A stretch of 64,000 bases of DNA, from contig DAOORK010000001.1 of the NCBI GenBank assembly GCA_035389185.1, positions 631,415 to 695,414 on the forward strand, in the 5' to 3' direction. The position numbers and the translations under genes are program-made. Under the pieces are notes generated by a model, which had not been told where the DNA came from, did not search any database, and saw only the letters and a program-made list of their open reading frames with translations. This stretch comes from Candidatus Woesebacteria bacterium (GTDB lineage: Bacteria; Patescibacteriota; Microgenomatia; UBA1400; MFAQ01). This document shows positions 10,028-18,741 of the stretch, in pieces; positions within the stretch are counted from its first letter, which is position 1, and the number at the start of each line of letters is the position of its first letter.

Positions 10028-10813
10028 ATGAAAAAGTATCGGCTTTATATTGACGAGTCTGGTAGTCATGAATATTCGGATAAGGATTCTATAAAGAGTC
10101 GTTATTTGGGTCTGCTAGGTGTAGTGGTGGAGTCTGGCGAGTATGAAACCAATATCCAGCCTAGGGTTATTGAACTCAAAAAAATGTTTTCGAATGACGC
10201 AGATGATTTGGTAGTATTACACCGTGATGAAATTGCTAACTTACAAGGACCGTTTTCAAAGCTATCCGATGAGGAATTTAAGAATAACTTTGACAGTAAA
10301 TTAAAAAGTTTGTTTAAAGAAGGGGAGTACCTCTTGCTTGGTGTTGTCTTAGACAAGAAAACTCATTATGCTCGCTACAAAACATCTGCTCTACACCCTT
10401 ATCATTACTGTCTCAATGTTATTTTGGAAAGATATGTCTTTTATTTAGAAGAAGTGGGAGGAGTCGGGGATGTAATGTCAGAAGCTAGAGGTAAAAATGA
10501 AGATAGTGCTTTAAGGGGTGCGTATTCTAACTTTTTTAACAATGGAACGTATTTTTGTAAGGCTCCACGAGTTCAGGCAAAATTAACTTCGAAAGCGATT
10601 AAGCTGAGAACAAAAGAAAACACGACTCAAGGACTAGAAATGGCTGACTTGCTGGTCTTAGCAACTAAAATTCTCATTCTCTTCTTATATAAGAAGATTG
10701 GACCATTAACTGGTAATTTCAACAAACAGGTAATGAGATGGGTTTGGTCCAAGTTCAGGCGTGAGCTAATATCCAAGAGAGTTAAGGGCTATGGAATAAA
10801 GTTGATTGAGTAA
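10028..10813 (+). CDS. DUF3800-family (RNase H-like fold) protein
   Basis: LYIDESG N-terminal motif, EARG, GLEMADL near the C-terminus. Start moved to ATG 10028, which follows a TATAAT. Confidence 0.85.
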   Translation: MKKYRLYIDESGSHEYSDKDSIKSRYLGLLGVVVESGEYETNIQPRVIELKKMFSNDADDLVVLHRDEIANLQGPFSKLSDEEFKNNFDSKLKSLFKEGEYLLLGVVLDKKTHYARYKTSALHPYHYCLNVILERYVFYLEEVGGVGDVMSEARGKNEDSALRGAYSNFFNNGTYFCKAPRVQAKLTSKAIKLRTKENTTQGLEMADLLVLATKILILFLYKKIGPLTGNFNKQVMRWVWSKFRRELISKRVKGYGIKLIE

Positions 10814-10823
10814 ATAATGAAAA

Positions 10824-10880
10824 AGCCGATTACTCGGCTCGTTCACGATGCTCTTGCGAGGCATCCCCCTCCGATGAACG
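10824..10880. ncRNA. Candidate DUF3800-associated structured RNA
   Basis: Hairpin AGCCGA-TTAC-TCGGCT (10824-10839), then stem CGTTCA/TGAACG (10840-45/10875-80) enclosing GATGC/GCATC. Begins 10 nt after the DUF3800 stop; no U-tract on +. Confidence 0.55.
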
Positions 10881-10922
10881 GATTAAGTAAATAATAGCAT
10901 TTGTTTTAGAGTTTGTGTGCTA

Positions 10923-12614
10923 CTAGGCACAAATTGGTTGAATTTTGAAGGTTTCAAACACTGTTTGGATGTTCTGTAAGCTAAATCCAAACTTTATTTC
11001 TCGGTTCTTAAATGCGTTTACCAAGGGGAGCCAAGCTGGATTTGAAGGTATCAAAAGAGGATTATTGAGCTGTATATCGCGATATTCCTGAGATTCGATC
11101 CAATCTTCTTTTAATTCCGACCATTTTTCTTGATTTGCGAAGACTTTATAGCGTTCTTTCAGATCTATCCGTACTTTTTTGTTGTGTAAATAGAGGTTCG
11201 ATCCAACTTTGTTGAGGATGTAGCGTTTATCTTCAACCTCGCCATTCATAAATCTATCTCTGGCACGGTTGGCATAGTCAATGGTTGTGCGTATTGCCTT
11301 ATACTCATTTTGACTGTTATCGCTTAAGAGTAGAGCCTTGAGTTGCTCAATCTTCTTATTTAGCTCCCGTTTTTTGCTTTCATAGGTAGTTTCGTCAATG
11401 CTGTTGTTTAGGTAAACATCTAAAAGACGATCTAGACTTGTTTGTGCCTTATCAAGCGCTGACTTTTGAGATTTCTTGATATCGGTAGCCTCATCAGCTT
11501 TACTCTGCTCAAGATAGTCAATCCAGCGGTTTGCCCAGTCGATAAAATCTTGGGGTGGTTTTATTTTTTCAAGTTCTTGAGCAGTTTCAGCTTTTAGATC
11601 TATTTCTGTTATTGGATCTTCGTGACATTCAATCTTATGGTTTTTTCTGGTGCAGTGGTGGTAGGTGTAGGTAACAGTTCTATTTGTTCCTCTGTAATAC
11701 TTGGTTTTGACAGTTCCGGTTATGGAGCATCCACAGGTTTCGCATAGGTACAGCCCGTTTAAATCGAGCCTGTGGCTTCTACGTACAGGTCTTCCTTTTC
11801 TGCCGAGCATTTTTTGTATTTGGTCAAACTGTTCTGGTGTGACCATGGCTTGGTGTCTACCGTGATACCACTTCCCACTCCCTTTTGGCCATTCATAATC
11901 GCCGGAATAGAAAGGATTTGTTAATAAGTTGTAAAAAGTTGACCTTGGTATCGGTAGACCAGCCTTGTTTGTTAATTTCCACACGTCTGTTGCTGTTTTC
12001 CAAATGTCGATTACTTGCTCACCGTCAAGGACTTTGAGTAACGATTTTCTAATGAGGTCAAACCTTTTTTTGTCTGGTCTAATTGTTTTGTAGCCCTTTT
12101 TCCCTAGGGGATTGTTTTTATATCCAGTTGGCGCTGGGGCGGGGTACCAACCCTTTTCTGCTTTAGTACGCATACCACGTTGGGAGCTTATTCCCTTATT
12201 GTCGTTTTCTAGCTTTGCTTGACTGCAATCAAGATTGAAAAGGAATTTATCATAGGGGTTGTCTTTATAAACCCTTGAAGCAGTGGTTATTTGCAGGAGG
12301 AACTTTTGATCCATGAGATATATCAACGCTCCAGTATCAACCGAGTTTCGCGATAACCGATCAGCACTCCAAGCAAGGATGGCGTTTGCTTCACCGTTCT
12401 TAATTTTCTCGAGCATTGTATTGAAGGCTAATCTCCCGGGTTTCTTGGCTGATTTTGATTCTGAAAGTGTCTCGGTTGTTTTTAGCTTGTTATTTGATTT
12501 GATGCGATCAAGTTCTTTTGTTTGGGATTCAAGCGAAAGGGCTTGTCTCTCCTCTGATTCTGAAGACTTACGGCAATAGACTATGTGTTTAATTGTTTTT
12601 GTTTCTTCGTTCAT
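10923..12614 (-). CDS. Large serine recombinase (LSR2)
   Basis: YCRKSS catalytic Ser, DRLSR, APTGY, NPFYSG, Zn ribbon CETCG..HHC..C, coiled coil. Confidence 0.95.
   Translation of the reverse strand: MNEETKTIKHIVYCRKSSESEERQALSLESQTKELDRIKSNNKLKTTETLSESKSAKKPGRLAFNTMLEKIKNGEANAILAWSADRLSRNSVDTGALIYLMDQKFLLQITTASRVYKDNPYDKFLFNLDCSQAKLENDNKGISSQRGMRTKAEKGWYPAPAPTGYKNNPLGKKGYKTIRPDKKRFDLIRKSLLKVLDGEQVIDIWKTATDVWKLTNKAGLPIPRSTFYNLLTNPFYSGDYEWPKGSGKWYHGRHQAMVTPEQFDQIQKMLGRKGRPVRRSHRLDLNGLYLCETCGCSITGTVKTKYYRGTNRTVTYTYHHCTRKNHKIECHEDPITEIDLKAETAQELEKIKPPQDFIDWANRWIDYLEQSKADEATDIKKSQKSALDKAQTSLDRLLDVYLNNSIDETTYESKKRELNKKIEQLKALLLSDNSQNEYKAIRTTIDYANRARDRFMNGEVEDKRYILNKVGSNLYLHNKKVRIDLKERYKVFANQEKWSELKEDWIESQEYRDIQLNNPLLIPSNPAWLPLVNAFKNREIKFGFSLQNIQTVFETFKIQPICA
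11004..11040. repeat. Attachment-like junction 2, between elements 1 and 2 and inside the LSR2 3' end
   Basis: Shares GAGCCAAGCT with junction 1. Shares GGGGAGC with junction 3, and 19/28 ungapped identity overall (11004-11031 vs 21166-21193). Confidence 0.7.
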
Positions 12615-13066
12615 ATGATTGTTTTACTAACAATTAATGCTCTCTTTTGCTCGTCAAGTCTAGTGAACAGCTTATTCTTTTTAGTCTTATTTATTTCTGT
12701 ATTATTAGCGGGAGTTACATTTCCACTATATGGAGGAAGTGGATTTCCTGTATTAAAAGAAGTCCAGTTCCTTAAAAACTTGTCAGGACTGAGGATTAAA
12801 TAAGTATTGTGTTTGTCGTTCGGATACTTGGTTATTTGGATTAAGTCATACTTTACGAGAATTTTTAGGTACTCTCTAATCATTCTGTCTGTTCGGTTCA
12901 TCTTTTTTGCCAATAACTTTTCGGTGGGGAAGCAGGAATATCGTTCTGGAAAACCGTAGCAGAAGCTTCTAATTATGATGTAAAGCGCCTTTATTTGTGG
13001 TTCAAGCAGGGGGGAATAGAGAATGAAATTCTCAACTTGTGTATAGCCTTCCTTTTTGTTTTTCAT
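12611..13066 (-). CDS. Helix-turn-helix protein (phage replication-initiator-like N-terminal HTH)
   Basis: YTQVEN..LYIIIRSFC..CFPTEKLLAKKMNRTDRMIREYLKIL..LI pattern (HTH_36-like). Confidence 0.7.
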   Translation of the reverse strand: MKNKKEGYTQVENFILYSPLLEPQIKALYIIIRSFCYGFPERYSCFPTEKLLAKKMNRTDRMIREYLKILVKYDLIQITKYPNDKHNTYLILSPDKFLRNWTSFNTGNPLPPYSGNVTPANNTEINKTKKNKLFTRLDEQKRALIVSKTII

Positions 13067-13253
13067 TCTTATCTTTGGCTAAAAACTGGAATAGCTCTAA
13101 AAAATCCCAGCTCTCGATCTTTGCTTCTGCTTCGGCTAGCTTTCTTCCGAAGTGTTTAATTAATAACTGTCGATATTCAGCTACTGCCTGTAGGGGTAAG
13201 GATCTAGACTCTTTCATACAAGCGTGCCTTGAGCTCCTTAATTGCCTCAACAA
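13032..13253 (-). CDS. Small hypothetical protein (start probably MKESR)
   Basis: Overlaps both neighbours in the same-strand operon. Confidence 0.45.
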   Translation of the reverse strand: MLRQLRSSRHACMKESRSLPLQAVAEYRQLLIKHFGRKLAEAEAKIESWDFLELFQFLAKDKNEKQKGRLYTS

Positions 13254-13449
13254 GGTCTTTGCTGGCTACTAATAGTGAACGATCCCAGTGTGATTGGATG
13301 GTGTTTTCAACATCTTCGGGTGAATGGTCAAAAATAAACTCAACAAGCTTGTTGTTAAGCCGATTGAGCTGTCTTAGTTTCAATCCAGCTGCCATTAGTG
13401 CAGTACTTAGATAGAAGTCTTTTGTGGTGAAATACTTATCTTTTTCCAT
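13204..13449 (-). CDS. DUF5659-like small protein
   Basis: FTTKDFYLSTALMAAG..L......VEFIF...LKARLY pattern, typical of small mobile-element genes. Confidence 0.65.
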   Translation of the reverse strand: MEKDKYFTTKDFYLSTALMAAGLKLRQLNRLNNKLVEFIFDHSPEDVENTIQSHWDRSLLVASKDLVEAIKELKARLYERV

Positions 13450-13513
13450 ATCTTGTGGCTATGATGCCTTGATATGGAAATCATCTCAGGGGAGTTTGGC
13501 TGGAAATTCCGAC

Positions 13514-14380
13514 TTAATCAGCAATAAGTCGGAAAATACCACTCCAGTATTTTGGGGTGGGTAGTTGGTATCTCTCAACGACGTCGTAATAATTTCGTTT
13601 TAGCTTAGCTTGAAGCTTTTCTGTCTGTTTAAGGTAAATTTCTTCTAGTTCGTCTTCTGGTAGGTTTCCATATTTTTCTTCAATGAGATTTCCGGTTGCA
13701 CGCTCAATTGCGGCAGATATTAGAGTGTTGTATTCACCACGGTTTTTATCATTATTGAGCATGATTAATGATTCTTCTACCCTGAGGAATGATTTGATTT
13801 TTGATCTATCTTGCGAGCTTATGTCATGACGTTTTCTTTTTAACACCCTGCTTATGCTCTTGTCTGGAGTTAAGTCGGATAAGAACTCTTGGGCATCGGT
13901 TAGTGCATTGAACACATCTTCTTTTGAGGTATTTATGCTTATTGGAATATATGTTCCTTGGGTTATTGGTGAAATGGCGGACGCTATGACGAAGTTTCTC
14001 TCAGCGATCAATCCGTTAGGTTTACGGTCAAACACAACGAAATCTACCAGTAGCTCGGGTGGAAGATTTAATTTAGTAGCCAATCTAATCTCGTCCTTTA
14101 GTAGTCTAGAGAGGATGAACCAGTTCATCATGGTAAAAACATGTGGGTCTAGCGGAGTGTTTTCTTTGTAGGTGGACTTCCAAGTATTGGCAAATTCATT
14201 TGCTAGGTCGAGATGGTTTTTCCCACTCCATTCGTATAGCGCTTTCTCATCAACAAATGGCCTTGTTATCCCAAGTTTCTCTCGGGCATTTATGGCTAGC
14301 TTGAAGGCAATATAGCTATTGAAAAACAACTGAACGCGAAGGGAGTAGTAATCTAACCCCTCAATTATTTTCATACTCAT
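13514..14380 (-). CDS. Hypothetical protein
   Basis: 288-aa ORF, no recognised motif. Confidence 0.6.
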   Translation of the reverse strand: MSMKIIEGLDYYSLRVQLFFNSYIAFKLAINAREKLGITRPFVDEKALYEWSGKNHLDLANEFANTWKSTYKENTPLDPHVFTMMNWFILSRLLKDEIRLATKLNLPPELLVDFVVFDRKPNGLIAERNFVIASAISPITQGTYIPISINTSKEDVFNALTDAQEFLSDLTPDKSISRVLKRKRHDISSQDRSKIKSFLRVEESLIMLNNDKNRGEYNTLISAAIERATGNLIEEKYGNLPEDELEEIYLKQTEKLQAKLKRNYYDVVERYQLPTPKYWSGIFRLIAD

Positions 14381-14711
14381 CTGGCTGAATCTTACTCCAA
14401 GAGTAGGTGTCTAGGTGGGTTTTAGGTTGAAAATTTGTTACTTAAACACATAATCTTGTCGTTTCACCTAAATTAGATTGACTTTTAATACAGTTCTTGA
14501 TTTTTCAGCCTCAATGAAAGTCCAAAAAATACTGTAAAAAACTCTCAAAATTGTGTAGAAACACTATGCATATTAAGTATTTTGAGGCTAAAATAACAAA
14601 TAATTTTCGGAGAGTTTTGACAGTTCCAGTTTCTTGTGATGAAAGTGATTATGACGTTGAGGCTAAATATCTAGTTGGGCAGGTGTTCAGGATTAATGTC
14701 TGTGAAGGTTT

Positions 14712-15023
14712 TTATGGCCTCCAAAGTTTTTTGGCGATTAACCTTTTAAGCGCATTAAATAACCATTTGAACAGTAACACCAAGAGGAAGCATATTGCTA
14801 CAAGAATCCAGTAAATCCATCCTTGAGGATTGGGAGCAATATCAGCAATTAATCCACTGTCAGCCTCTAGAGTGAGGGCATAAAAGATGAACAAACCGAC
14901 CGTGGCGACGGGGATACAGACAGCTACTAATCCAATTCGGATTATTGTAAAAATTAGTTTAATGATTTTCCTTAGGAGTTCCTTTCTCTTTTTTGTCATT
15001 AAGTTTCTTATAGACAACACCAA
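14712..15023 (-). CDS. Small membrane protein (start probably MTKKR)
   Basis: Two hydrophobic segments. Confidence 0.55.
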   Translation of the reverse strand: MVLSIRNLMTKKRKELLRKIIKLIFTIIRIGLVAVCIPVATVGLFIFYALTLEADSGLIADIAPNPQGWIYWILVAICFLLVLLFKWLFNALKRLIAKKLWRP

Positions 15024-15447
15024 TTATTAGTAGCGTTATGACCATGGATAGGGCATAGATGATTGGTGATGCGATTTCATAAGATTGTATGAATACGCCT
15101 AAGATGAAAGTTACAGGAAGCTGAACGAGGAAGAAGAATGGTGCCCCAATTAAGAAGGTGGAAATTACAGCTCTTGTGTTTCTGAAAAATATTGCATCGA
15201 GGAAGCACTTTATTCCAACCAATAGGATATTTGATTCTTTCTGGCTGCTAGTATTTTCGAGTTGGTGATTTTTCCATTGGCTTATTAGGAAAATGGCAGC
15301 AGTTATGGCTATTGATACGACTGCAAGCTCTATAAGTCCAAGCAATACGTTGTTTGTTTCTTGGTAAAACATGGGGAGAAAAACAAGGAGAGTAATGGCT
15401 AGTAGCCACTTGTGTTTTTTAATGAAGGCTTTGTATTGGTCGATCAT
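14959..15447 (-). CDS. Membrane protein
   Basis: Four hydrophobic segments. Confidence 0.6.
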   Translation of the reverse strand: MIDQYKAFIKKHKWLLAITLLVFLPMFYQETNNVLLGLIELAVVSIAITAAIFLISQWKNHQLENTSSQKESNILLVGIKCFLDAIFFRNTRAVISTFLIGAPFFFLVQLPVTFILGVFIQSYEIASPIIYALSMVITLLIIGVVYKKLNDKKEKGTPKENH

Positions 15448-15514
15448 ACTTTTCTCATTATAACGCTATGTTTACTGCGTTGTCGTCAAGGACGGATACT
15501 ACCACACTTATCTT

Positions 15515-15733
15515 GTGATATCCAAAGAAAAACTGAGCAAACTGATTGGGAAGCGAATTAGAGAGGAGAGGGAGAAAAGGGGGTTGTCGCAAGAAGCCTT
15601 AGCCGGTGACGCGGGTCTGTACAGGACTTATGTCGGTCACCTTGAAAATGGGAGGTATATGCCGACCATATTTACGATTTATCGTGTGGCTGAAGTGTTA
15701 AAGATCGATCCCCTGAGTTTGCTTAAGATTTAA
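15515..15733 (+). CDS. XRE-family HTH regulator (R-M controller-like)
   Basis: IGKRIREEREKRGLSQEALA..LYRTYVGHLENG..PT pattern; lies upstream of the methylase. Confidence 0.85.
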   Translation: MISKEKLSKLIGKRIREEREKRGLSQEALAGDAGLYRTYVGHLENGRYMPTIFTIYRVAEVLKIDPLSLLKI

Positions 15734-15790
15734 ATTGTTGAGTTTGACGACCTGCTCGATTAAATCGTCATTGTTGGTTACAATGGGTGT

Positions 15791-16855
15791 ATGGCAAAGA
15801 AAATTAGGGTTGTAGACCTATTCTGTGGTATTGGTGGTCTAACCCATGGACTGATCAAGGAAGGTCTAGAGGTGGTGGCGGGAATAGACAACGATAATTC
15901 ATGCAAGTTTGGTTACGAGCATAACAATAGGGCAAAATTTATCGGTAAAGATATTCTTGAGGTTACGGCTGGTGAGGTAAGTAAGTTGTTTGGTAAAGGG
16001 GCGATCAGAGTCCTTGCGGGATGTGCTCCTTGTCAACCTTTCTCCAGATTGAATCTTAAAGAAATAACAAAAAAGCAACTTCAGCCACTTGAAAAATTTG
16101 CACAGTTGATTGAGGAGGTTAAGCCAGATATTGTTTCCATGGAAAATGTTAGTGAGTTGGCAAAAATGGACAAATATCCCATTTTTAAGACTTTCCTTGA
16201 TACCTTGGAAAGGAATGGTTACAGATATAAATATGAAGTTGTTGATGTTTCCGAATACGGCGTCCCCCAAAGCAGGAGGAGGCTTGTTTTGTTGGCTTCA
16301 AGATTTGGCGAGATTGAATTGGTGAAGCGGACACATAAAGACAACCGTGTGACTGTAAAAGACGTTATAAGAGATCTTGAGCCGATTCGGGATGGCGAAG
16401 TAAGTAGGAAAGACCCTCTCCATCGATCAAGAAAACTAAACGAGATTAATCTTAGGAGAGTAAAAGCTACTCCCCATGATGGTGGGGATTCGAGTGCGTG
16501 GAGTGAAGATCTTATTCTGAAATGTCACAGAAAAGAGTCTGGAAGTACTTATAAAAAAACTGTTTATGGTCGTATGCGATGGAATGAGCCAGCGCCTACA
16601 ATGACGACACAGTGTGTTGGGTTGGGAAATGGCCGTTTTGGTCACCCAGAGCAGGACAGGGCAATTAGCTTAAGGGAAGCGGCACGGTTTCAAACCTTTC
16701 CTGATAACTATCAGTTTTTTGATCCAAATACTCCATTTGTGACTGCTCATATAGCTAGGTTTATTGGTAATGCCGTGCCTGTGAGGCTAGGGTCTATAAT
16801 TGGGGCAAGTATAAAAATGCATATAAGTAGAAATGCCAAATCAATTCACATTTGA
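15791..16855 (+). CDS. dcm: DNA (cytosine-5) methyltransferase
   Basis: DLFCGIGG, PCQPFS, ENV, PQSRRR, REAARFQTFP and GNAVP motifs. Confidence 0.95.
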   Translation: MAKKIRVVDLFCGIGGLTHGLIKEGLEVVAGIDNDNSCKFGYEHNNRAKFIGKDILEVTAGEVSKLFGKGAIRVLAGCAPCQPFSRLNLKEITKKQLQPLEKFAQLIEEVKPDIVSMENVSELAKMDKYPIFKTFLDTLERNGYRYKYEVVDVSEYGVPQSRRRLVLLASRFGEIELVKRTHKDNRVTVKDVIRDLEPIRDGEVSRKDPLHRSRKLNEINLRRVKATPHDGGDSSAWSEDLILKCHRKESGSTYKKTVYGRMRWNEPAPTMTTQCVGLGNGRFGHPEQDRAISLREAARFQTFPDNYQFFDPNTPFVTAHIARFIGNAVPVRLGSIIGASIKMHISRNAKSIHI

Positions 16856-18545
16856 GTTATCACTAAGTGTCCTAAATCATTTAGGCAGAAACCTTTATAG
16901 AAGCTTCGTCACAATATTGGGGGAGGCGATCTCAAATTCATGGGATGCAGATTCAAATAAGGTCAACATATACATTGATCGTGAACACAACAGCCTGTGT
17001 GTTAGAGATGATGGTGTGGGAATGACTGCTGATGAATTTCAGAACAAGTTTCTGAGAATTGGCTATTCAAAACGTAATTCTGAAGGTAGTAGCTCACCTG
17101 CTGGTAGACCTTATATAGGTAGAAAGGGTATCGGGAAGCTCGCTTTACTTTCATGCGCTGACAAGATTCATGTCATTAGCAAAAAAAGTGGTGGTGAATA
17201 TGTAGGAGGTGTGGTGGTTAACTCTGAGCTTGATGATGCAATCAGAGATGATTTATTGACTTCTCAATATCCACTGTCTGATATGGATATGAGCAAATTT
17301 GAGGACGTGATTGGTGGTCATGACCACGGGACAATAATATATTTTGAGAACATAAAAGATGGGGTTAAGAATAGTTTGACGTTTTTAAAGAAAGCTATTG
17401 CGTTGTATTTTCGTTTTTCGTTGATTGATCAATCGTTTAAGATTTTTTTAGGAGACGATGATGAAATTACTTACGCCGATCTCGAGGATTTATCGAGCAA
17501 AACAGAGTTTTTGTGGAAGGTAGGTGAATATGAGGATCCGTATGTAGAGAACTTAGAGGCTCGTTTTACTACAAAAGATAATGAGAAGAGGGGGATTGAA
17601 ATTGATGGAGCTTATGGTTTTGTTGCCTCTGTAAAAAAGCCGCGTGATCTAAAAATCTTGACCACTGATGAGCGGGTGGGGGTTGACTTGTTTGTAAACG
17701 GGCGTTTGAGAGAAAGAGATATTTTGAAGCACATCCCCACAGCAAGGTTGGCGGAAAACTATTTATATGGACAGATTCATCTTGACGATATGAATGACGA
17801 GCAAGATCGTTTCACAAGTAGTCGTGAAAGCGTTGTAGCGGATGACGATAAATATGAGCAATTCTTGGAAGTAATGCGAAGTAAAATATTGGAGATTGTT
17901 AACGACTGGGATAAATGGAGAATTAAGCACAGGGAAGATGGGGATCAGGAAAACGATAATATGCCTAAGGCAGAGAGAAAGTCGAGAGAGCTGTTTAATC
18001 AGATCGCTGGAGAATATGAATTGCCATCGGGAAATGCTAATGCTGGAAAAGTAGATGCATGGGTTGATTCATTGGCTGATGACGCTCAATACAACTTTCG
18101 TTCGTATGCAGAGTGCTTTGTATCCGAGAATTTGCTTCGTAAGCATATTGAAGATGGCGGTGTGGCACCTACGTCTTGTATGAACCCCGATTTGCAGGGA
18201 AATACATGTGAAGATAGATTTGATGAAGAAGCTGGTAATACCAGCTTGTGTAGTTTTTGTAAGGCTGAGAGAAGTAAACAGGGATTGCAAATTCAAAAGA
18301 ACGAAGCGGGAACGTCGATACAGATCAGAGAAGCAGAAGAGAATCCATTAATGTATATGGATTACATAGATCTAGCAAAGATAGCCGACGATGACATACT
18401 CAAAGAAGAAGATAAACCATATAAGCCATTGAGAAACTCGGTAATGCACACTTCGAGATTGACACAAGCTGCTAAGACGAAGTTGACCTCTGTTTTTGAT
18501 AATGTTGTTGCGACTGTAAAGCAGTTGGTCGGGTCTAACAGTTGA
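16833..18545 (+). CDS. GHKL (MORC-like) ATPase with C-terminal Cys cluster and HEPN-like motif
   Basis: EAISNSWDA, DDGVGM, GRKGIGK, HGT; S5-like middle region; C-terminal YMDYIDLAKI...RNSVMH. Confidence 0.8.
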   Translation: MPNQFTFELSLSVLNHLGRNLYRSFVTILGEAISNSWDADSNKVNIYIDREHNSLCVRDDGVGMTADEFQNKFLRIGYSKRNSEGSSSPAGRPYIGRKGIGKLALLSCADKIHVISKKSGGEYVGGVVVNSELDDAIRDDLLTSQYPLSDMDMSKFEDVIGGHDHGTIIYFENIKDGVKNSLTFLKKAIALYFRFSLIDQSFKIFLGDDDEITYADLEDLSSKTEFLWKVGEYEDPYVENLEARFTTKDNEKRGIEIDGAYGFVASVKKPRDLKILTTDERVGVDLFVNGRLRERDILKHIPTARLAENYLYGQIHLDDMNDEQDRFTSSRESVVADDDKYEQFLEVMRSKILEIVNDWDKWRIKHREDGDQENDNMPKAERKSRELFNQIAGEYELPSGNANAGKVDAWVDSLADDAQYNFRSYAECFVSENLLRKHIEDGGVAPTSCMNPDLQGNTCEDRFDEEAGNTSLCSFCKAERSKQGLQIQKNEAGTSIQIREAEENPLMYMDYIDLAKIADDDILKEEDKPYKPLRNSVMHTSRLTQAAKTKLTSVFDNVVATVKQLVGSNS

Positions 18546-18546
18546 T

Positions 18547-18687
18547 ATGACTCTAAAACGGGCTAGAAGAATCTTAGGGAAAAATGGGAAAGGGCTCACT
18601 GATGGAGAGCTTACAAAAGAGATTGAGATGGCAAGTTTTCTTGCGCAATTGGTTTTAAGTGTTGCGCGAACTAAAAAGCTGCCTTAG
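18547..18687 (+). CDS. 46-aa small protein (below the ORF-track cutoff)
   Basis: MTLKRARRILGKNGKGLTDGELTKEIEMASFLAQLVLSVARTKKLP*, starting 1 nt after the ATPase stop. Confidence 0.55.
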   Translation: MTLKRARRILGKNGKGLTDGELTKEIEMASFLAQLVLSVARTKKLP

Positions 18688-18741
18688 CCTTAATAAGCTA
18701 TAATTTCGGTTGGGAATACATATTCTTGATTGAAGAAAAGA

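Larger units (their letters stand above)
2973..11037 (-). mobile_element. Integrated LSR element 1 (~8.05 kb; integrative plasmid/IME-like)
   Basis: Bounded by the 10-bp direct repeat GAGCCAAGCT. Contains LSR, R-M pair, HTH, Rep-like, SpoVG-like and DUF3800 genes. Confidence 0.75.

Noticed and set aside
11194-11205. GGTTCGATCC tRNA T-loop-like sequence (also GGTTCGA near 3059)
   Set aside because: Inside LSR coding sequence (SNL codons), with no cloverleaf around it.
14551-14814. 87-aa + strand ORF in element 2
   Set aside because: TTG start, overlaps a convergent gene, no recognisable features.
15482-15770. GTCGTCAA/TTGACGAC inverted pair flanking the XRE gene, and TGACGA-N14-TCGTCA
   Set aside because: Short, may simply be -35-like boxes; does not match a C-box I can support.
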